Shown: positions 48,193 through 57,264 of the stretch, in pieces | Layout: every line of letters starts with the position of its first letter | Position numbering within the stretch: position 1 is the stretch's first letter | Source of the DNA: an uncultured Lachnospiraceae bacterium | GTDB taxonomy: Bacteria; Bacillota; Clostridia; Oscillospirales; CAG-272 | Assembly: GCA_964490165.1 (NCBI GenBank) | Contig: CAZBAR010000002.1 | Coordinates: forward strand, 6,064-70,063 | DNA: 64,000 nucleotides | Reading direction: 5' to 3' | Notes under the pieces: generated by a model | What the model saw: the letters and a program-made list of their open reading frames with translations, nothing else | Databases searched by the model: none | Told to the model about the DNA's origin: nothing | Program-made: the position numbers and the translations under genes

Positions 48193-48741
48193 CTACAGCG
48201 TTATTACGCTGTCAAGTTTTGATAGGGTAGAGTCATCATGTGTCACCAGCAGCACGCATTTTTCTGCGGAATACCGTCTTACGGCTAACAGCGCTCTTTC
48301 GGTGCATTCTGTGTCAAGTCCCGTAAAGGGCTCGTCCAGAAGCAGGGTGTCAAAGCGGCAGGCTAGAGCGCGTGTAAGTGCCACACGCCGTTGCATTCCT
48401 CCAGAAAGCTGTGCCGGCAAGACGTTAAGCTCGTTTTTCAGTCCGAGCTCACAGAGTATTTTCTTTGCAAGTCCCAGCTCTTTTTCTGCAATGGCAGCAT
48501 TCTTTTCCGCTGTCAGCCACGGCAGAAGTCTCGGTTCCTGAAAATCTACGGATATTTTTCCGGCACCTGCGATATCTCCGCTGTCGGCGCTCTCAAGTCC
48601 TGCTATAATTCTGAAGAGAGTTGTTTTACCCGTTCCTGAAGGGGCGGATATCCCGTGAATTCCAACGCCGAATTCCGCATTGAAGCCTTGAAGTACGTTT
48701 TTCTCTCCGAAGCTTTTTGAAAGGTCGGTAATTTTAAGCAT
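48193..48741 (-). CDS. ABC transporter ATP-binding subunit (NitT/TauT/Ssu type)
   Basis: PSGTGKTT, FQEPRLLPW, LSGGM, LLLDEPF. Confidence 0.9.
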   Translation of the reverse strand: MLKITDLSKSFGEKNVLQGFNAEFGVGIHGISAPSGTGKTTLFRIIAGLESADSGDIAGAGKISVDFQEPRLLPWLTAEKNAAIAEKELGLAKKILCELGLKNELNVLPAQLSGGMQRRVALTRALACRFDTLLLDEPFTGLDTECTERALLAVRRYSAEKCVLLVTHDDSTLSKLDSVITL

Positions 48742-49513
48742 TTTCACACCCTCCGGAGTCACGAACATATTTTAATTGCAAATAGCGTGTCAGCCTGTCG
48801 AACATATGCTCAAGTATCATGCTGAGCACTATAACAGTGGCGGTCCATGCAAACAGCTCCGCAGTTTCAAGATAGATCTTCGATTCGTATAGCGAAGTGC
48901 CTATTGAGTATTTCGGCGTGCAGAGCACTTCAGCTGCGACTCCCGCCTTCCATGCAAGACCGAGACTGGTCTTGAAGCCCCCTGCAAAGGAGGGCAGAAC
49001 TGAGGGGATGTACAGCTTTGTAAGTATTTTGCGGTTTGGTACGTCCAGCGCTCTCATCATTTCAAGCAGCTGCTTGTCGACTCCATGTATGGCAATGATT
49101 ACGGAGCTTGACATAATGGGCAGTACCATAAGAAAGGATGTAAATGCCGGCACGCGTCCTCTGCCCAGCCACACCAGTGCGAGAATGATAAATGAAGCAA
49201 CCGGAGTTGCACGCACTACGGACAGCACAGGTGAGACAAGCGCACTGACCGCCTTTGATCTGATACACGTCACAGCGACAAGCGTTCCTGCAACGGCTCC
49301 GCATAAAAGACCTGAGCAAATTCTGATAAGCGATGCGCCGCAGGACATCCAAAAGCTTTTCGTCACAACGAGCTGCGAAAGCTGCATAAGAACTGCGACG
49401 GGGGAGGGAAGCAGCACCTTTTTGCCTGCGGCAAGGCTCAAAAGCTCCCATATTATAAGCCAGAAGGCAGCAACAAGTGCTGCCTTCGAAGCTTTTGTGA
49501 ACTTATCCTTCAT
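48734..49513 (-). CDS. ABC transporter permease (NitT/TauT/Ssu type)
   Basis: LLPSP, P...VR.TP, GLAWKA.VAAE. Confidence 0.88.
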   Translation of the reverse strand: MKDKFTKASKAALVAAFWLIIWELLSLAAGKKVLLPSPVAVLMQLSQLVVTKSFWMSCGASLIRICSGLLCGAVAGTLVAVTCIRSKAVSALVSPVLSVVRATPVASFIILALVWLGRGRVPAFTSFLMVLPIMSSSVIIAIHGVDKQLLEMMRALDVPNRKILTKLYIPSVLPSFAGGFKTSLGLAWKAGVAAEVLCTPKYSIGTSLYESKIYLETAELFAWTATVIVLSMILEHMFDRLTRYLQLKYVRDSGGCENA

Positions 49514-49520
49514 TACAGCT

Positions 49521-50579
49521 TTATTTTGCTGCTGCGTAGAATGCCTCATCGGGAAGCTTTCCTCCTACGGAAGCAGGATTTGCATTGTAAAGAACGTTAA
49601 GGAAGCCTGAAAGTCCGTCTATCATCTCATCACCGGTAATGAATACGATGTGGCAGTTTGCCATTGCAGCTTTAGCTACGGGGGCTTTGGGAATAATTCC
49701 TGCTTCTTCAATATATGAAGCCGCAGTGTCAATGTCGTTTGTGCAAAGCTCGGCGCTTTCCTTATATTCTGCAAGGAATGCTGCAAGCTCGTTGGGATTT
49801 TCTTCTGCCCATTTAGCGTTTACTATAACGCAGCCCATGTAAAGACTGCTGCTGTCCTCATTCTTTGCGCAGGCTTCATCCCAGAGATCGTTAAGATCAA
49901 GAGCTGTTCTGAGTCCCTTGGGGGCATTTTCATTTTTCAGTGCTGCTGTTACCTTAGGCTCTGGCAGAACTGCAACAGTAGCTTTGCCGCTTACGATATC
50001 GGAAACGACTACGTCGTGCTCAGACTCGTATATAACTTCGCAGTTGACTCCGAATGCCTTAAGAATATAATTAAGCGCGTATTCGGGAACTGCACCTTGA
50101 CCCGAAGAATACACTGTCTTGCCTTCAAGGTCTGCTACGGTCTTTATTGTATCGCCGACCTCCAGAATATGAAGGACGCCGAGAGTATTTACGGCTGCAA
50201 CGCTTACTGCTCCCTCGGTCTTGGAATATAGGACAGCGGCAAGGTTTGTGGGTACGCAAGCGATCTCGAAGTTGCCCTGTATTATATCGCCTGTGAACTC
50301 ATCAGCGGCGTTTGCTACAGTAAAATCGTAATTCAGCTTTGTGTCATCGTTTCCGGTATCATGGATAAGCTTTGCCATTCCCATACCTGTAGGTCCTTTA
50401 ATGGTAAATACTCTTACCGGATCGGTGGAAAGAACGGGTTCGGTGGTGTCCTCAGCCTTGTCGGCTGCGGAGTCGGATACGGGAGCTGAGGTGTCGTCCG
50501 CATTGTCCTTAATGCCGCAAGCGGCAAAAGACAGAGTACACATCAGAAGTGCAAGGATAAGTGCGATGATTTTTTTCAT
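49521..50579 (-). CDS. ABC transporter substrate-binding lipoprotein (NitT/TauT type)
   Basis: Lipobox FAAC; KGPTGMG, P.NLAA.LY, LPEP, GGKLPD..FY. Confidence 0.85.
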   Translation of the reverse strand: MKKIIALILALLMCTLSFAACGIKDNADDTSAPVSDSAADKAEDTTEPVLSTDPVRVFTIKGPTGMGMAKLIHDTGNDDTKLNYDFTVANAADEFTGDIIQGNFEIACVPTNLAAVLYSKTEGAVSVAAVNTLGVLHILEVGDTIKTVADLEGKTVYSSGQGAVPEYALNYILKAFGVNCEVIYESEHDVVVSDIVSGKATVAVLPEPKVTAALKNENAPKGLRTALDLNDLWDEACAKNEDSSSLYMGCVIVNAKWAEENPNELAAFLAEYKESAELCTNDIDTAASYIEEAGIIPKAPVAKAAMANCHIVFITGDEMIDGLSGFLNVLYNANPASVGGKLPDEAFYAAAK

Positions 50580-50606
50580 GGTTTTCTCCTATATATAAAT
50601 AATTTT

Positions 50607-51275
50607 TTACTGGATCATAGAGCGAAGCACATCGGGCTTCATGATAGTTATCCGCTTTGACTGTCGGTGGATTATGCCGTCGGCTTCAAAGCTGTCCAGC
50701 GCGCGGTATAATGATGCTCTGCCTATTCCGAGCTGAGCCGACAGCGCTGAAAGGCTTGTGGTGAGCACGGCGCCTCCGTCTTTGTCGGTAGTAAGACTCA
50801 TAAGATATACGGCAAGCTTTGCTTCTGCACTGCCGGCAGTAAAGGCAGTGATCTTTTTATTCAGAAAAGCAATTCTGTCAGACAGAAAAGAAATATAGTT
50901 AAGGCTGCATTTAGGCTCGCTGCTCAGAATTTGAAGCAAAAGAGCAAGGGGAATAACGGATACTGTGCATTCTCCCGCACTTCGTACCTTTGTACTGTGG
51001 GTGTTGTTTTCCGAAAACAGATTTCCTGCGCCGAAGCATTCGCCTTCTCCTATTATTCTGAGAACGGCGCTTCGCTCGCTGTCGCCGGATATTATACGTG
51101 CGGCGCCCGACAATAGAAAATGCAGTCCTTCAGTGCGGCATGAGTCCATTATGAGCTCGCCGTCGGCATAGCTTTTTTCTTCGGTCAGTGCGGTAATATT
51201 ATATTTTGCATCAAGTGCCGAAAAATCCATACCTTGAAAAAGAAATAATTCTGACAGCGCGTTTTGCTTCTCCAT
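50607..51275 (-). CDS. Crp/Fnr family regulator
   Basis: cNMP-binding-like region (GECFG) and C-terminal HTH LGIGRASLYRAL. Confidence 0.88.
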   Translation of the reverse strand: MEKQNALSELFLFQGMDFSALDAKYNITALTEEKSYADGELIMDSCRTEGLHFLLSGAARIISGDSERSAVLRIIGEGECFGAGNLFSENNTHSTKVRSAGECTVSVIPLALLLQILSSEPKCSLNYISFLSDRIAFLNKKITAFTAGSAEAKLAVYLMSLTTDKDGGAVLTTSLSALSAQLGIGRASLYRALDSFEADGIIHRQSKRITIMKPDVLRSMIQ

Positions 51276-51297
51276 AATTTTTAACTGCACCTCTCTT

Positions 51298-51347
51298 TGT
51301 CTCAAATGAGACATTTATATTATAGGCCACAGCGGCGCCAATGTCAA
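51298..51347 (-). promoter_or_regulatory. Sigma-A promoter with Crp-type palindromic operator near the start site
   Basis: TTGACA-17-TATAAT (51347-51319) followed by TGTCTC-N4-GAGACA (51298-51313). Confidence 0.7.
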
Positions 51348-51467
51348 GCGCAAAAAATAATTTGCCAAAAAATCTATTAAATACACCGAATGTACTTGAA
51401 TTTGAGCGTATAATGTACTAAAATAGTAAGAGGTAAATTTTATGATTTCTAAAAGGAGATTACATAC

Positions 51468-52373
51468 ATGACACTTCTTGTACTTGCTGCCGGTATGGGC
51501 AGCCGTTACGGCGGTCTGAAGCAGATCGACCCCTTTACCGAGGACGGAGAGTTTATTATCGACTTTTCTGTTTACGATGCTGTAAAGGCTGGATTTGACA
51601 GAGTGGTATTTATTATCAAAAAGGAAAACTATGAGGATTTCCGCGAGACTATCGGTGCGCGTCTTGAGGGCAAGATCAAGGTCGAATACGCTTTCCAGAC
51701 TATGGATTACCTTGTACCTGCCGATAAGATGCCTGCTGACAGAGTTAAGCCCTGGGGTACTGCTCAGGCTATACTTTGTGCAGAAGAGGTTATTGCAGGC
51801 GACAGCTTTGCAGTTATCAACGCAGACGACTTCTATGGCAGAGACGCATATATGAAGGCTGCTGAGTTTTTGCGCCGCGCTGAAAAGAGTGACAAGGAGG
51901 AGTATGCCATGATCGGCTATCTTCTCGGAAACACTCTTACCGACAACGGCAGCGTTGCCCGCGGTGTATGTGTAACTGAGAACGGATATCTCAAGGATAT
52001 TGTAGAGAGAACAAAGATCTACAAGACTCCTACAGGCGGACGCTTTGAGGATGAGAACGGCAATACTGTTGATCTTGTTCCCGAAACTGTTGTATCTATG
52101 AACTTCTGGTGCTTTACAGCGTCTGTATTTGAGGGCGTTAAGAAGGAATTTGAGCTGTTTCTGAACGATACCAGGCGCGAGCCGCTGAAGTCCGAGTGCT
52201 TCTTGCCCAACGTTATCGGTCATATGAAGAACAACGGTCTTTGCACTGTTGAGGTCATTGCTACAGATGCTATGTGGCACGGTGTTACCTACGCTGACGA
52301 CAAGCCCGGCGTTGTTGCTACTATTAACGGCTATATTGCTGACGGTATATATCCCAAGGGACTTTGGAAATAA
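51468..52373 (+). CDS. Sugar-1-phosphate nucleotidyltransferase (NTP_transferase family)
   Basis: LAAGMGSRYGGLKQ, KPWGT, INADDFYG. Confidence 0.88.
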   Translation: MTLLVLAAGMGSRYGGLKQIDPFTEDGEFIIDFSVYDAVKAGFDRVVFIIKKENYEDFRETIGARLEGKIKVEYAFQTMDYLVPADKMPADRVKPWGTAQAILCAEEVIAGDSFAVINADDFYGRDAYMKAAEFLRRAEKSDKEEYAMIGYLLGNTLTDNGSVARGVCVTENGYLKDIVERTKIYKTPTGGRFEDENGNTVDLVPETVVSMNFWCFTASVFEGVKKEFELFLNDTRREPLKSECFLPNVIGHMKNNGLCTVEVIATDAMWHGVTYADDKPGVVATINGYIADGIYPKGLWK

Positions 52374-52411
52374 TTTATAAATTGTATATATTTAGTATTA
52401 GGAGATAAATT

Positions 52412-53428
52412 ATGGCTATTCTTATTACCGGCGGTACGGGCTTTATCGGCTCGCATACCGTTGTTGAATTGCTTAATATAGGCAAAGAGGTTGTTATTGT
52501 TGACAACCTTTCAAACAGCAAGCGCTGTGTTCTCGACCGCATCGAGGCAATTACAGGCAAGCGCCCCAAGTTTTACGAGATCGACCTTTGCGATTATGAT
52601 AAGAGCGAGGTAATATTCAAGGAAAACGAGATCGACTCCGTTATCCACTTTGCAGGACTCAAGGCAGTAGGCGAATCTGTTGAAAAACCCCTTGAATATT
52701 ATTACAACAACCTTACCTGTACCTTTAACCTTGTTTCTCTGATGAAGAAGTACGGTGTAAATAAGATCGTCTTCTCCTCCTCTGCAACTGTATACGGACT
52801 TCCCAAGAGTGTGCCGATAACTGAGGATTTCCCCCTGTCTACAACCAACCCTTACGGTGAGACAAAGCTGATGATCGAGAGAATTCTCGGCGATATCTGC
52901 CATGCAGACGGCGAGTTTACTGCTGCTATCCTGCGTTACTTCAATCCTATCGGCGCTCACAAGTCAGGTATGATCGGCGAGGACCCTCAGGGTATTCCCA
53001 ACAATCTGCTGCCTTACGTTTCAAAGGTTGCAGCAGGTAAGCTGGAATGTCTTACCGTTCACGGTAACGACTATGATACTCCCGACGGAACCGGCGTGCG
53101 CGACTATATTCACGTAGTAGACCTTGCTTTGGCTCATCTCAAGGCTCTTGACTGGACAGATGATCACAAGGGTATCGATTACTTTAACGTAGGTACGGGC
53201 AACGGCTATTCCGTTCTTGAGATCGTTAAGGCATACGAGGAAGCAAGCGGAAAGACCGTTAAGTACAGAATAGGACCCCGCCGTCCCGGTGATATAGCAG
53301 AGTGCTATGCTAATCCCGATAAGGCGTTGAATGTTCTGGGATGGAAGGCTACACGCGGCATCAACGAAATGTGCGTTGACCTTGCGCGCTGGCAGGATCA
53401 GAACCCCGACGGCTATCCCGACGACTGA
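52412..53428 (+). CDS. galE: UDP-glucose 4-epimerase
   Basis: TGGTGFIGSHT, HFAGLKAVGES, FSSSATVYG, YGETK, LRYFNP, RDYIHV. Confidence 0.96.
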   Translation: MAILITGGTGFIGSHTVVELLNIGKEVVIVDNLSNSKRCVLDRIEAITGKRPKFYEIDLCDYDKSEVIFKENEIDSVIHFAGLKAVGESVEKPLEYYYNNLTCTFNLVSLMKKYGVNKIVFSSSATVYGLPKSVPITEDFPLSTTNPYGETKLMIERILGDICHADGEFTAAILRYFNPIGAHKSGMIGEDPQGIPNNLLPYVSKVAAGKLECLTVHGNDYDTPDGTGVRDYIHVVDLALAHLKALDWTDDHKGIDYFNVGTGNGYSVLEIVKAYEEASGKTVKYRIGPRRPGDIAECYANPDKALNVLGWKATRGINEMCVDLARWQDQNPDGYPDD

Positions 53429-53491
53429 AAATTAAAATGATCTCGGCGGCGTGGAAACACGCCGCCGAATATATATGATGAGGAAAAAATT

Positions 53492-54550
53492 ATGATCACA
53501 AAAGAAAGCTTTGGAATTACCCCTGAGGGCAGTGAAGTTTTTGCGTACACACTGAAAAACGCTTCCGCACTCAGCGCGCGCATAACCAATTTCGGCGGTA
53601 CGATAATAAATCTTTGGATGCCGGGTAAAGACGGACGTGTTCGCGATATGGTCTGCGGATACGACGATCTTGAAGGATATCTGACCGCCGGAGGATATCA
53701 GGGCGCTATTATCGGCAGAGTTACAAACAGAATTTCAAATTCGGAATTTACAATGGACGGAAAAAAATATCCCCTTTATCCCAATTGCGGAACATTTACC
53801 GCTCACGGCGGTAAGGTGGGATTCAACAAGAGAGTCTGGGTAGCTGTGACGGTTGACGGTGACGAGCCGGAGCTGCGCCTTACATATGTCAGTCCTGATA
53901 TGGAGGAGGGCTATCCCGGAACGCTTACTGTAACGGTGATATATAAGCTTACGGCGGACGGCGCTTTGTCAATACGTTATATTGCCTGTACAGACAAGAA
54001 GACCATCATAAATCTCACAAATCATTCTTATTTTAACCTTGAGGGTTATGATACTGCTTATGTAGGCGATCAGGTCATGTGGATCGACGCTGACACTATG
54101 AACGAGCAGGATTTTGATATCATTCCCACAGGCAAGATAGTCAGCGTTTTGGGTGGTGCATACGATTTTACAACGCCTAAGGCTATCGGCAGGGATTTTG
54201 ATACTGATCCCGATATGAAAAAGCAGATGGGCGGATATGACAATAACTTTATCTTTAATGATTACGATGGAAACATAAAGCACCGTTGCACTCTTATTGC
54301 TCCTGTTTCGGGCATTGAAATGAGCGTTTGGACAGATCAGCCATGTGTCGGCGTTTACACATCAAATATGATGAATGAGGATGATGTTCCGTTTAAGGGC
54401 GGGGTAAAGCAGAAGTGCCGGTGTGCTGTCTGCTTTGAAACGCAGAAAATGCCCGATGCGGTAAATAATCCCGAATTTACCGATACGGTGCTTCTTCCCG
54501 ATGAAGTTTATGACTATACCACTGTTTTCAAATTCGGTTTGGTAAAGTAA
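53492..54550 (+). CDS. galM: Aldose 1-epimerase (mutarotase)
   Basis: GR..NRI, HGG..GF, EGYPG, NLTNHSYFNL, YDNNF, CFETQ. Confidence 0.93.
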   Translation: MITKESFGITPEGSEVFAYTLKNASALSARITNFGGTIINLWMPGKDGRVRDMVCGYDDLEGYLTAGGYQGAIIGRVTNRISNSEFTMDGKKYPLYPNCGTFTAHGGKVGFNKRVWVAVTVDGDEPELRLTYVSPDMEEGYPGTLTVTVIYKLTADGALSIRYIACTDKKTIINLTNHSYFNLEGYDTAYVGDQVMWIDADTMNEQDFDIIPTGKIVSVLGGAYDFTTPKAIGRDFDTDPDMKKQMGGYDNNFIFNDYDGNIKHRCTLIAPVSGIEMSVWTDQPCVGVYTSNMMNEDDVPFKGGVKQKCRCAVCFETQKMPDAVNNPEFTDTVLLPDEVYDYTTVFKFGLVK

Positions 54551-54630
54551 TATCTATTGACATTGACTTTGCATTTTGATATAATTCTTTCGACATATTT
54601 CGACTGTGTTGAAAGGAGTTATAATCTGAA

Positions 54631-55530
54631 ATGAGTAAATATTATGTGTTATATAATCCGCTTGCAGGAAACGGACGCTGCGAGGAGACTGCTAAAGAGC
54701 TTGACGGGATCTTATCTGAGCACGAGATAGAGTATTGCGATATGACTAAGATCGCCAGCTATTCCGATTTCTTTGCAGGAATCGGAGAGGGCGAAGAGGT
54801 GCTTGTTGCCGGCGGTGACGGAACTCTTAACCGCTTTATCAATGCAACGCTTGATATTGATTTTGACAGAAATATATATTACTATGCTGCCGGAAGCGGA
54901 AACGACTTTTGGAACGATATATGCGACGATCCGCACAATAAGAGTATTGTTTGCCTTAATGAGTACATAGCTGATCTGCCTGTTGTTACAGTAAACGGTA
55001 AGGATTATAAGTTTCTCAACGGTATCGGTTACGGTATCGACGGATACTGCTGCGAGGAGGGCGACCGTCAGCGCGCGGCAGGAAAGAAAAACGTAAACTA
55101 TACCGCTATAGCTATAAAGGGTCTGCTTGGTAAATACAAACGGGTCAGTGCCACGGTTACTGTTGACGGTGAAACAAACAGCTTCAAAAAGGTGTGGATG
55201 GCGCCTACTATGAACGGAAGATTTTATGGCGGCGGTATGATGGCTACTCCGAAGCAGAATAGACTGAATAAGAACAACACGGTTACTGCTCTTGTTATGT
55301 ACGGTTCAAACAAGCTTAAAACTCTTATGATATTTCCGTCTATTTTTCAGGGTAAGCATATAGAGCATAAGGAAATGACATATATGGTCAGCGGTCACAA
55401 TATTACCGTAAAATTTGACCGTCCCACCGCTTTGCAGATAGACGGTGAGACTATTCTCGGCGTTACCGAGTATTCCGTAAATGCGTCAAAAGATGCGCGT
55501 GTGGAAGCGCTTGCTAAAACAACGGCATAG
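54631..55530 (+). CDS. Diacylglycerol kinase family lipid kinase
   Basis: NPLAG, GGDGT, GSGNDF, NGRFYGGG, QIDGE. Confidence 0.88.
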   Translation: MSKYYVLYNPLAGNGRCEETAKELDGILSEHEIEYCDMTKIASYSDFFAGIGEGEEVLVAGGDGTLNRFINATLDIDFDRNIYYYAAGSGNDFWNDICDDPHNKSIVCLNEYIADLPVVTVNGKDYKFLNGIGYGIDGYCCEEGDRQRAAGKKNVNYTAIAIKGLLGKYKRVSATVTVDGETNSFKKVWMAPTMNGRFYGGGMMATPKQNRLNKNNTVTALVMYGSNKLKTLMIFPSIFQGKHIEHKEMTYMVSGHNITVKFDRPTALQIDGETILGVTEYSVNASKDARVEALAKTTA

Positions 55531-55685
55531 TTTTATACAACTTCATTTTCGGAATTGTGCAGCTGCATTTGAAATCAGCAATCACGAATTGGTATTCAAG
55601 AGGAGTATGAAGCCTGTCGAAGAATCAGGTCTATAGTTCCGGTTGCTGATAATGTTAAAAGCACCGATCAAAAAAGAGTCATTAT

Positions 55686-55727
55686 ATAACCGCGGCAAGT
55701 TATTATTTGCTGCGGTTATGTTTTTTT
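55686..55727 (+). terminator. Intrinsic terminator
   Basis: ATAACCGCGGCAA...TTGCTGCGGTTAT followed by a T-run. Confidence 0.7.
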
Positions 55728-55835
55728 ATTATAGAGTCTGTGACGCTTTACTTTCTGATTTGCTGCAAAATCCTCTATTTGTATTTACTTAAGAGCAAAG
55801 TTGTGATATAATTATAATGTATTTTTATAACTGAG

Positions 55836-57260
55836 GTGAGCATTATGAACAAATATGCAAAGACATACACCAACCCAATAGTTCTTCCCGACTATCCTAT
55901 CGGTCGTGAAGGTCTCGACAAAGAGTACAACTGGCGCGAGACAGCAGACCCCTCCGTGCTGTACGAAAACGGCATCTGGTATCTGTATTCCTCCTGCGGA
56001 ATGGTATATTGGACCGAGGATTTCGTAACATGGAAGCATAAGCATATGGAGCCTTACGATATGGGCTACGCTCCCACTATCGTAAAGCACAAGGGACTTT
56101 ACTACATCTGCGGAAGCCTTTCAGATCTTTATGTGTCTGACGATCCTCTCGGACCCTTCAAGAGCATCGGCGCGTTTAAGCTGCCTGACGGTACAAAGCT
56201 GCCCAGATGCTACGATCCCATGGTATTTTCCGATGATGATGACAGACTTTACCTGTACTACAGCACAGGTGAGCCGCTGATACTCGGCGTTGAGCTTGAC
56301 AGTGACGATCCTATTCAGCTTCTTGCTGTTCCTGAAGTTCAGTTTAAGTTCAATCCCGACCATATCTGGGAGCGCACAGGCGAGTACAATGAGGACGGCA
56401 GAATGTGCGCTATGGAAGGCCCGTGGCTTTATAAAAAGAACGGCGTTTACTACCTTACATACGGTGCGCCCGGTACAGAGTATTCCACATACGCTATGGG
56501 TGCATACAAGGGCAGCGGTCCTCTCGGTCCCTGGGAATATATGAAGACCAGTCCCTTTACTGTTAAGCGCGACGGTCTTGTCCGCGGTCCCGGACACGGA
56601 TGTGTAGTTGACGGACCTAACGATTCTATATGGGCGTTCTACACCACTACGATCTGCTATCTGTATCACCTAGAGAGACGTATCGGCTTCGACCCGATCT
56701 ATATAAACGAAGACGGCGACCTTGTTTGTCCCGAAGTATCCGAAAACCCCAGATGGGCGCCCGGCACTGTTGAAGATCCAGTGCATAACAGCGATACCGG
56801 CCTTGTATGCGTTACAGGACGCCGCCGTCCCGTAGCTTCAAGCTGCGCACCCGGACGCGATGCTATTTACGCTACTGACGAAAACCTTATGTCATGGTGG
56901 CAGCCTGCCGACGACGATGAGACTCCTACACTGGAAATTCCCATCGCTCCTTACGGTATGAACTGCTGCGCTATGCGTATTCTGTGGAGAGACGTTGATC
57001 TCAGCCTCCAGCACGGAAATCTGCCCGGTCCTATTCAGTATAAGCTTGAGATATGTGACACCTTTAAGGAAGACTGCCACTGGACAACTGTTGTTGACCG
57101 CAGCGAGAGCGAGGAAGACCTTGTTGTTGATTACCGCACCTTTGAGGCAATTCGCGGTAACCGTATCAGACTTACTATTCTCGGCTGGCCTAAGGGAATC
57201 AAGCCCGGCGTTATGAACATTTCCGTATTCGGCTGGTGGACTCCCGAAGAAGAGAACTAA
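55836..57260 (+). CDS. GH43-family glycoside hydrolase with C-terminal discoidin/CBM32-like domain
   Basis: ADPSV, YAPT, DPMVF.DDD.RLYLY, EGPW, GPGHG; no signal peptide. Confidence 0.85.
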   Translation: MSIMNKYAKTYTNPIVLPDYPIGREGLDKEYNWRETADPSVLYENGIWYLYSSCGMVYWTEDFVTWKHKHMEPYDMGYAPTIVKHKGLYYICGSLSDLYVSDDPLGPFKSIGAFKLPDGTKLPRCYDPMVFSDDDDRLYLYYSTGEPLILGVELDSDDPIQLLAVPEVQFKFNPDHIWERTGEYNEDGRMCAMEGPWLYKKNGVYYLTYGAPGTEYSTYAMGAYKGSGPLGPWEYMKTSPFTVKRDGLVRGPGHGCVVDGPNDSIWAFYTTTICYLYHLERRIGFDPIYINEDGDLVCPEVSENPRWAPGTVEDPVHNSDTGLVCVTGRRRPVASSCAPGRDAIYATDENLMSWWQPADDDETPTLEIPIAPYGMNCCAMRILWRDVDLSLQHGNLPGPIQYKLEICDTFKEDCHWTTVVDRSESEEDLVVDYRTFEAIRGNRIRLTILGWPKGIKPGVMNISVFGWWTPEEEN

Positions 57261-57264
57261 AGTC

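Noticed and set aside
51315-52280. 321-aa minus-strand ORF, and similar shadows such as 42152-42979, 44203-44961 and 17663-18424
   Set aside because: Antisense to well-supported genes and lacking recognisable domains or RBS.
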